Shown: in pieces, positions 1 to 6,596 of the stretch
How positions within the stretch are numbered: position 1 is the first letter of the stretch
Layout of the letters: each line of letters opens with the position of its first letter
NCBI RefSeq assembly: GCF_006345805.1
Contig: NW_021827923.1
Coordinates: 1-9,539 of the forward strand
Source of the DNA: Octopus sinensis
Lineage: Eukaryota
DNA: 9,539 bases
Direction of reading: 5' to 3'
Program-made: the position numbers and the translations under genes
The notes under the pieces: model-generated
Told to the model about the DNA's origin: nothing
Seen by the model: the letters and a program-made list of their open reading frames with translations, nothing else
The model's database searches: none

Positions 1-210
1 TGTGTGTTGTCCCCCCCCAACTCGCTTGACAACCGATGCTGGTGTGTTTGCGTCCCCGTGACGTAGCGGTTCGGCAAAGGACCCGATAGAATAAGTACTA
101 GGATTACAAAGAATAAGTCCTGGAATCGATTTGCTCGACTAAAGGCTGTGCACCAGCATGGCCGCAGTCAAACGACTGAAACACATAAAAGAGTAAAAGA
201 GTAAAAGAGA
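1..210 (+). mobile_element. Family A SINE, 3' half (5' part lies outside the window)
   Basis: Aligns nearly colinearly with 1510-1703 of the full family A copy (e.g. TCGCTTGACAAC-GATGCTGGTGTGTTTGCGTCCCCGTGACGTAGCGGTTCGGCAAA). Ends in a (GAGTAAAA)n tail at about 186-208. Confidence 0.9.
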
Positions 211-229
211 GAGATAGAGAGTCCCGGCA

Positions 230-545
230 GTAATGTGAGTAACAACAAAAGAACAATATTATGAACAACAACAACCACTGTAGCAGTAAGAGCGGAAACA
301 ATAATAACAGCGATAGCAACATCAAAGACATCAAAGGGAAGGAATACTAAAACAAAAATTGCAATACCTACAGCTAATACAACAACAACAGCAATAACAA
401 CAACTACACAAACAAACAAAAACAAATACAACTACTACTACATCAAGTACAACTACAATAATAACAGCAACGTTAATAAGAAGAACAATCATCGCAATAT
501 TTTCATTAATAACAACAGTAGCAGAAATAACTATAAAAAAAACAA
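230..545. repeat. Degenerate (AAC/AAT/AGC)n trinucleotide low-complexity tract
   Basis: Runs of aacaac/aataat/actact. Source of the spurious Leu/Val-rich minus-strand ORFs 104-334 and 168-431. Confidence 0.8.
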
Positions 546-565
546 GAAAATGATAACAGCCATCG

Positions 566-770
566 TTTCTACTAAAGGCGCAAGGCCTGGAATTAGGTGG
601 GTGGGGTGAGTTGATTACATCGAACCCCCAGTGATCAACTGCTACTTATTTCAATGGCCCCGAAAGGATAAAAAGCAAAGTCGACCTCCGCGGAGTTTGA
701 ACACAGAACATATAGATGGACGTAATGCCGCTAGACATTTTGCCCGGCATGCTAACGATTCTGCCATCTC
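566..770 (-). mobile_element. Family B tRNA-derived SINE (copy B1), near full length
   Basis: Reverse complement matches the head GAG-TGGCAGAATCGTTAGC, the B-box-like segment, the GACTTTGC...CCTTTCGGGG core and the GGCCTTG-GCC...TAGAAA tail seen in copies at 1994-2190 and 3095-3310. Confidence 0.85.
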
Positions 771-776
771 ACAACA

Positions 777-823
777 TTAATAATAATAATAATAGTAATA
801 ATAATAATAATGATAATAATAAT

Positions 824-854
<31 letters not shown>

Positions 855-869
855 ACAACAACAACAACA
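777..869. repeat. Compound (AAT)n-(AAC)n microsatellite
   Basis: Visible perfect triplet runs; they give the poly-I/poly-T of ORF 810-1043. Confidence 0.95.
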
Positions 870-870
870 G

Positions 871-1011
871 TGGGTAAATTCGATTACAACGAACCAGTAT
901 GTAACTGGTACTTATTTAATCGACCTCAGCGGTGTTTAAACTCAGAACATAAAGACGGACGAAGTGCCGCAAAGCATTTTCCCGGCGTGCTAAAGATCCT
1001 GCCATCTCGCC
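871..1011 (-). mobile_element. Family B SINE (copy B2), tail missing, with 27-nt internal deletion
   Basis: CGATTACA...AACTGGTACTTATTTAATCGACC|TCAGCGG...CTCAGAACATAAAGACGGACG...CCCGGCGTGCTAA...CTGCCATCTCGCC matches the minus-strand family B copies but lacks CCGAAAGGATGAAAGGCAAAGTCGACC. Confidence 0.85.
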
Positions 1012-1014
1012 ACA

Positions 1015-1078
1015 ATAGTAGTAGTAGTAGTAGTAGTAAGTAGTAAAGTAGTAGTCGTAGTAGTAGTAGTAGTAGTAA
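1015..1078. repeat. (TAG)n microsatellite, slightly interrupted
   Basis: Visible gtagtagtag run. Confidence 0.95.
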
Positions 1079-1081
1079 TTC

Positions 1082-1236
1082 TTTCTTTTGCAGGCTCAAG
1101 GAGGAGGCTAGTCGATTACATTGACCGATACTTATTTCGTTAACTCCGCAAGAACAAAAGGTAAAGCTGAACTTGGCCAGATTTGAGCTCAAAACTTAAA
1201 GAGTCAGGAAAAAAAACGCTGCTGACGATCCTGACA
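1082..1236 (-). mobile_element. Old, diverged family B SINE (copy B3)
   Basis: GGAGGCTAGTCGATTACATTGACC, TACTTATTT, AAGGTAAAG, ATTTGAGCTCAAAAC and GCTGACGATCCTG occur in the same order as the corresponding blocks of younger copies. Confidence 0.65.
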
Positions 1237-1303
1237 TGTCGACATCTTAATAATATTCCTTTCTGCTGCAACACTTCTCTAAAATTATTTGGAAAACTAA
1301 CTA

Positions 1304-1703
1304 GGCGCAGGAGTGGCTGTGGTAAGTAGCTTGCTTAACAACCACATGGTTCCGGGTTCAGTCCCACTGCGTGACACCTTGGCCAAGTGTTTTCTATTAT
1401 AGCCTTCGGACGACCAAGGCCTTGTGAGTGGATTTGGTAGACGGAAACTGAAAGAAGCCCGTCGTATATATTTATATGTATATATATATGCTTGTGTGTG
1501 TTTGTGTCTGTGTTTGTCACCCAACCTCGCTTGACAACAGATGCTGGTGTGTTTGCGTCCCCGTGACGTAGCGGTTCGGCAAAAGAGACTGATAGAATAA
1601 GTACTAGGCTTACAAAGAATAAGTCCTGGAGTCGATTTGCTCGACTAAAGGCGGTGCTCCAGCATGGCCGCAGTCAAATGACTCAAACAAGTAAACGAGT
1701 AAA
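1304..1703 (+). mobile_element. Family A tRNA-derived CORE-type SINE, full length (about 400 bp; possibly octopus OR2-like)
   Basis: tRNA-like head GGCGCAGGAGTGGCTGTGGTAAG with B-box GGTTCAGTCCC (1355-1365), CORE-like ACCTTGGCCAAGTG just after it, internal (TA)/(TG) microsatellite about 1466-1515, 3' end CAGCATGGCCGCAGTCAAATGACT...GTAAA shared with 1-210. The family name is recalled, not verified. Confidence 0.9.
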
Positions 1704-1754
1704 TTCATGAAATGTCTTCTGTTCTTCTTTTTTTTGTGTGTGTGTGTGTCTTGA

Positions 1755-1950
1755 TGTAAGGACCTTGAAATAAAGGTCTCAAAGAATGGGTCTTCTTAGA
1801 ATAACTCTACCTGTAATTATCGGAGCTTTGGTGGATAATACCAAAATGTACTCTTAAACGCTGTGGCCAAAATCCAGGAAATACTAACGCAATAAAACTA
1901 CAGAAAATTTTTCACATTGTCCACATCCTAAGAAGACATTGTCAGCTTGA
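1755..1950 (+). pseudogene. Frameshifted C-terminal fragment of an RLE-type non-LTR retrotransposon ORF (R4/HERO/NeSL-like)
   Basis: Manual translation with three frame changes: CKDLEIKVSK (1755-1784) / MGLLRITLPVIIGAL (1786-1830) / WIIPKCTLKRCGQNPGNTNAIKLQKIFHIVHILRR (1832-1936) / TLSA* (1936-1950). This matches the typical RLE C-terminus pattern KY.DL...W....IPVIIGALG.IP......LQK..L.GT..ILR..L. Confidence 0.8.
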
Positions 1951-1993
1951 AAACACCTTATTCTCTTAAAATTTTATCAAAACTGAAAAATTA

Positions 1994-2190
1994 TTTTCTA
2001 CTCTTGGCATAAGGCCCTAAATTTTGGAGGAGGGGAGCAGTCGATTAGATCGAACCCAGTACGCAACTGGTACTTAATTTATCGACCCCGAGAGGATGAA
2101 AGGCAAAGCCGATCTCGGCGAAATTTGAGTTCAGAACACAAAAACAGACGAAATAGCGCTAAGCACTTCGCCTGGCGCGCTAACGTTTCT
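1994..2190 (-). mobile_element. Family B SINE (copy B4), body and tail; its 5' head appears displaced to 2592-2605
   Basis: Tail TTTTCTACTCTTGGCATAAGGCCCTAAATTTTGG through to GCGCTAACGTTTCT at 2190. A 17-bp direct repeat TCAAAACTGAAA(A/T)ATTA at 1977-1993 and 2607-2623 flanks the whole 1994-2606 composite. Confidence 0.9.
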
Positions 2191-2374
2191 TATTTCTTTA
2201 TTGCTCCCAAGGGGCTAAACATAGAGGGGTCAAACAAGGACAGACAAAGGGATTAAGTCGATTATATCGACCCCAGTGCGTAACTGGTACTTATTTAATC
2301 GACCCCGAAAGGATGAAAGGCAAAGTCGACCTCGGCGGAATCTGAACTCGAAACGTAGCGGCAGACGAAATACC
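2191..2374 (-). mobile_element. Family B SINE, alternative-tail subfamily C (copy C1), 5'-truncated, 184 bp
   Basis: Same core as family B (GTACTTATTTAATCGACCCCGAAAGGATGAAAGGCAAAGTCGACCTCGGCGG) but the tail is TATTTCTTTATTGCTCCCAAGGGGCTAAACATAGAGGGGTCAAACAAGGACAGACAAAGGGATTAA on +. Confidence 0.9.
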
Positions 2375-2605
2375 TATTTCTTAACTACTCACGAAGAGCT
2401 AAACATAGAGAGGACAAACAAGGACAAACAAACGGATTAAGTCGATTATATCAACCCCAATGCGTAACTAATACTTATTTAATCGTCACCGAAAGGATGA
2501 AAGGCAAAGTTGACCTCGGCGGAATTTGAATTCAGAACTTAACGGCAGACGACATACCGCTAAGCATTTCGCCTGGCGCGCTAACGTTTCTGCCAGCTCG
2601 CCGCC
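2375..2605 (-). mobile_element. Subfamily C SINE (copy C2) running into an intact family B/C head
   Basis: Colinear with C1 at a 184-bp offset, then continues to GCTAACGTTTCTGCCAGCTCGCCGCC (head, 2605). Confidence 0.9.
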
Positions 2606-2716
2606 TTCAAAACTGAAATATTACAGAGTTAAATGAAACTTGATTTTCAGATTATAACCGTTTTGTCATACGCTGTATCATTGCTAATCATTAATAACGC
2701 CCATAGTAAAGCGACA

Positions 2717-2719
<3 letters not shown>

Positions 2720-2751
<32 letters not shown>

Positions 2752-2789
2752 CTATGTAACTGTTCGTGAGTCTCGTTGTACATCTGCGT
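2720..2789 (+). repeat. (GT)15 microsatellite followed by a 41-bp motif also found at 6141-6181
   Basis: 2749-2789 TATCTATGTAACTGTTCGTGAGTCTCGTTGTACATCTGCGT versus 6141-6181 TATCTATGTAACTGTTCATGAGTCTCGTTGTACATATGCGT (39/41). Confidence 0.9.
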
Positions 2790-2844
2790 GTAGTTTCTGA
2801 GTGAAACCTGAAAAAGCATTTATAAAACAAAACAACAGTAGTAC

Positions 2845-3054
2845 CTTCTACGGTAAGCACAAGGTCTGCAGTTTGGGAGAACGGATTAGGTCGATTACAT
2901 CGACCCCCAGTCAGTACCTGGTACTTATTTAATTGACCCCGAAAGGATGAAAGGCAAAGTCGACCGCAGCAGAATTTGAACTCAGAACACAGTGACAGGC
3001 GAAATACCGGTAAGAATTTCGTCCAGCATGTTAACGATTCTGCCAGCTCCCTGC
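2845..3054 (-). mobile_element. Family B SINE (copy B5), near full length
   Basis: Tail TTCTAC...GCACAAGG, GGTCGATTACATCGACC hairpin, core GACCCCGAAAGGATGAAAGGCAAAGTCGACC, head TTAACGATTCTGCCAGCTC. Confidence 0.88.
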
Positions 3055-3094
3055 ATTCAATAACTTAAATAATAATAATAATAATAACGATAAA

Positions 3095-3310
3095 GGCGGC
3101 GAGCTGGCAGAATCGTTAACACGTCGGGCAAAATGCTTAGCGGCATCTCGTCCGTCTTTACGTTCTGAGTTCAAATTCCGCCGAGGCCAACTTTGCCTTT
3201 TGCCCTTTCGGAGTTGATGAAATGAATACTTGTTGAGAATTGAGGTTGATGTAAGGGACTTATTGCCTCTTCGAAATTTCTGGCCTAGTGCCAAAATTTT
3301 GAAACCAATA
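3095..3310 (+). mobile_element. Family B SINE (copy B6), full length, third tail variant
   Basis: Head GGCGGCGAGCTGGCAGAATCG with A-box-like TGGCAGAATCG (3105-3115) and B-box-like GAGTTCAAATTCC (3167-3179); tail CGAAATTTCTGGCCTAGTGCCAAAATTTTGAAACC. Confidence 0.9.
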
Positions 3311-3392
3311 GTAATAAAGATGGTGATGATGACGAGAAGAAGAAGAAGAAGAAAAAGAAGAAGACATCGACTTCATTATATGTCAAGCATTC

Positions 3393-3500
3393 TACTTTAG
3401 CAAACACCGGGTGTATGAAAGTCACATTTGACGTCAGCGTGATTTTAAATCAGAACGTAGCCATTAATACACCAACAGAAAAGATGATAATCATTCTGCA
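3393..3500 (-). mobile_element. Highly decayed family B SINE relic
   Basis: 3417-3460 aligns without gaps at about 34/44 to the majority sequence of the younger copies (GAAAGGCAAAGTCGACCTCGGCGGAATTTGAACTCAGAACGTAG); GATAATCATTCTGCA at 3486-3500 resembles the head segment. Confidence 0.6.
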
Positions 3501-3582
3501 ACAGCAGCACCACCACCATCAACAATAGCAACAGCAACAACAGCAAAGTAGAAACATATTAGAATAATAGAATAATAGAATA

Positions 3583-3613
<31 letters not shown>

Positions 3614-3900
3614 GAATAAATATCAGAATATTTAACGACAGCAACAATGTGAAAGACAAGACCAAGGAAAAAATCAGAGAGAAAATAGGAGAGAAAAGAG
3701 GATTTATTGCGCGAGCTAAACAACAGCAGTAACAACAACAACCACAGCACTAACCAAAACAACAACAGCAAAATATCGATAGTAAGAGCAACAACAAGAA
3801 ACAAAACTTCCATATTGTCAACCTCATTAATTACAACAACAACAATAACAATAATAAGCGGAGGGGCAATAAGAGCAGGAACAACAACGATATCAGCATT
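3500..3900. repeat. Degenerate (AAC/AAT/AGC)n tract including (AATAG)n and perfect (AAT)n at about 3560-3612
   Basis: Visible triplet runs; source of ORFs 3559-3813 and 3707-3946. Confidence 0.8.
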
Positions 3901-3959
3901 TAAGGATGAAGATTCAAAAGAACAATTATTGAAAATAATTTTTTAAAAATATGAATGAA

Positions 3960-4104
3960 AGAAATGGTGTGAGAGAGAGGAGGAGGGAAAAGAGAGGGGA
4001 GAGGGTGAAAGAGGGGAAGAAGAGAAGCGAGAAGGAGGGGAGAAGGGGAGAGAGAAGATGGTGGGAGGGAAAATATATAGAGAGACAGAAGTATGATGGA
4101 AAGC

Positions 4105-4157
<53 letters not shown>

Positions 4158-4320
4158 AAGAAGGAGAGAGAGAGAAAGCGAGTGTATGTGCGCGAGAGAG
4201 AAATGAGAGGGTGTGTGAAGCGAGTGTTTGAAAGAAAGTATGTTTGTTTCTCTGTGTGTATGTGTGGGTGTATGTGTGTATGTGTTTGTGTGTGTGTGCA
4301 TGTGTATGTGTGTGTGTAAG
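3960..4320. repeat. Polypurine (GA)n-rich tract followed by degenerate (GT)n
   Basis: Almost pyrimidine-free 3970-4180 with (GA)n at about 4105-4175, then (TG)n about 4250-4318; source of the RE/CV and SL/HT ORFs. Confidence 0.9.
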
Positions 4321-4624
4321 AGCCTAGGAAAGAGCAAGAGAAACTGTATATATTTGAGTGAAGGTGAGAGTAGAAAAGAAAGAGAGAACGATTGTACTAG
4401 AGAGAAAAAGATGTGAATATATATATGCGTATGCGTGTGTTTATTTGAGTGTATACGTGCGTGTGTGTGTGTGTGACCGAAAACGTGCGTATGAGAGAGA
4501 GAGAGGGGGGGGAGAAGCGGTAAATAAATATGTGTTTGTGAACGACAGTAAACGAGAAATAGAAAAGGGGGAAGGAAGAGGGGCGGTAAAACAAAAAAGA
4601 AAAAAGAATATAGGAATGAAGCGA

Positions 4625-4745
4625 GATGAAAAATGGGTGACGATGTTTGTTGGAGAAAAAGCGCCATTTTGTTTACAGGCTTCGATGGAATATCGATTGC
4701 TTGATGGTCACATGATATAGCGGCTCATTCAAAGCCAGTCAATAT
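4625..4745 (-). promoter_or_regulatory. Candidate core-promoter island
   Basis: Non-repetitive, CpG-containing patch between microsatellites: GCGCCATTTT (4661-4670; YY1-type AAAATGGCGC on -), TGTTTACA (4670-4677; forkhead), TATCGAT (4691-4697; DRE-like), GTCACATGA (4707-4715; USF/TFE-type E-box). Motif matches only. Confidence 0.4.
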
Positions 4746-4779
4746 TTGGTGATTATTCATACATTAATATCGCAAAACA

Positions 4780-4954
4780 GTCTATATATATATATGTATA
4801 TATCTATATATATATATATACATGCATGTATATATATATATGTGTGCGTGTGTGTATGTATATGTATATATATATATAAGATTTTTTGAGAAAAACAAAC
4901 AGAAATGAATAATGAGAGAAAAATGATAGCAATAATAGCAATAACAACAACACC

Positions 4955-5000
<46 letters not shown>
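4780..5000. repeat. (AT)n/(GT)n mix and perfect (AAT)n at about 4955-4998
   Basis: Visible runs. Confidence 0.9.
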
Positions 5001-5319
5001 GTGGCGACGATGATGATTATGATGATGATGAAGTTAATATTAACAACAACGATAAAACGATTGATCATTATATGAATTTTATTGATTATTCGAACCATAC
5101 TGCTGACACGAAAAAAATTAGTGTGTTCATACATTCATACATACATATATATATACACATACACACACCACATGTGTGTGTGTTTGTGTGTGTAGAGAGA
5201 TATACAAAGAGTCTAAAATATTGGCATCAATAGACAAACAAATAGACAAATAAATAAATAAATATACGAACACACAGACAGGAAAACAAACAGAGAAATC
5301 GAAGAGAGAGAATATTAAG

Positions 5320-5420
5320 CCATACAATTTTCCGCCATTTTTGTATCGAGGAAGAGAAATATTTTCCTGTTTAGCTTGATATATGTGCGATGCTTACTTA
5401 ATTGTAGGTGATTGGTTGTG
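5320..5420 (-). promoter_or_regulatory. Candidate promoter and first exon: CCAAT box, TCT-like initiator, AAAATGGCGG
   Basis: Minus strand reads AACCAATCA (5417-5409), TCTCTTC (5357-5351), AAAAATGGCGG (ATG at 5338-5336), then GTATGG (5325-5320). Motif arrangement only. Confidence 0.35.
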
Positions 5421-5439
5421 TGTGCGCATGTGCGTATTG

Positions 5440-5554
5440 AATGGTGTGATCATACGTATATTTGCATGCAATATGAAGATAGATACAAACATATGTACGT
5501 ACATGTGAATGTATGAACATATTTATATATTCATATTTTGTGAGTGTGTGTGCA

Positions 5555-5599
<45 letters not shown>

Positions 5600-6240
5600 T
5601 TTGCATTTTTCGTTGTATATGTAGTATGCGTTTATGAGCAGAAAAAATTAGTTGTTTGTATATATTTGTAAATCTATCCATGAAAGTGTGTATACATGTG
5701 TTAGAGATGAATGTATGTTTATATGTATATATATTTATGTATGAGCGTGTATATATACATGTATGCGTATATAGAAACACATATACTTGTGTACATATGC
5801 AGGCATGCACAAATACATATGTATATGTATATATGCATGTATGTATGTATGTATGTATGTATATGTGTATCTATGTATGACTGTATTTATGCGCATATGT
5901 ATGTATGTATATAAGTATGTACCTATACATGTACATGTGTGCGTTTATGTGTTCTGTGTATACATCTGTGTTTGCGTATAAATGCAAATACATATATATG
6001 TGTATTTTGAGTAAAAAATGCTGGTTATTGATTTCTAAATATCATATATATAGATATGTATTCTCGGTTATAAATGTATTCGTGTGTATGTGTGTGTGTG
6101 TGTATGTGTGTGTGTGTGTATGTGTGTGTATGTGTGTGTGTATCTATGTAACTGTTCATGAGTCTCGTTGTACATATGCGTACAATGTATGAATGTGTTT
6201 GAATGTATATGCGTATGCTTCTGTGTATCAATATAGACGG
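5440..6240. repeat. Long degenerate purine-pyrimidine alternating tract: (TA)/(TG)/(ATGT)n with perfect (GT)n at about 5545-5590 and 6085-6140
   Basis: Visible; produces the many Y/M/V/C and H/T ORFs in the track. Confidence 0.9.
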
Positions 6241-6249
6241 TGTTCACAA

Positions 6250-6364
6250 GGTGGTGAGCAGGCAGAAATGTTAGCACACCGGGTTTAATAGTATTTCGTC
6301 TGTCTTTATGTTCTGAGTTCAAATTCCGCCGAGGTCGTCTTTGCCTTTCATCCTTTCGGGGTCG
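6250..6364 (+). mobile_element. Family B SINE (copy B7), 3'-truncated, small deletion in the head
   Basis: GGTGGTGAGCAGGCAGAAATGTTAGCACACCGGG...GTATTTCGTCTGTCTTTATGTTCTGAGTTCAAATTCCGCCGAGGTCGTCTTTGCCTTTCATCCTTTCGGGGTCG. Confidence 0.88.
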
Positions 6365-6526
6365 CAATTTCATGTGGCATGTTTGGACAACTGGGAAGAT
6401 CTGAACTGCATGAAACCATTGGTAGCCTTGTTAACCCAAAAGTAAAGAATATTTATCCACTAATATAGCGATGATATTAGCATATGTACATATGTATAAA
6501 CAAACATACATGTTACTATGAACATG

Positions 6527-6594
<68 letters not shown>

Positions 6595-6596
6595 CA

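Noticed and set aside
1304-1375. tRNA gene calls at SINE heads (also 3095-3180 and 7215-7282)
   Set aside because: A and B boxes are present, but I could not fold a full cloverleaf, and each continues into a SINE body.
2191-2605. CRISPR-like or regularly spaced repeats
   Set aside because: The repeats are contiguous SINE copies without unique spacers, and the context is eukaryotic.
3082-3321. Possible TSD TAATAA(C/A)GAT around SINE B6
   Set aside because: Low-complexity AAT context makes a 9/10 match uninformative.
3774-3781. Perfect DRE TATCGATA
   Set aside because: Isolated 8-mer inside a degenerate AAC tract with no supporting motifs.
3900-4667. 255-aa minus-strand ORF (MALFLQQ...)
   Set aside because: Beyond the first 15 or so codons it is (CT)n/(CA)n translation. 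Only the start context is kept, as part of the promoter-island finding.
4663-4720. Plus-strand coding exon after the acceptor-like TTTTGTTTACAG (AG at 4677-4678)
   Set aside because: All three frames hit a stop within 45 nt and no good donor precedes them.
6365-6445. Short unique open frame FHVACLDNWEDLNCMKPLVALLTQK
   Set aside because: Only about 25 codons, no recognisable motif, no convincing acceptor.
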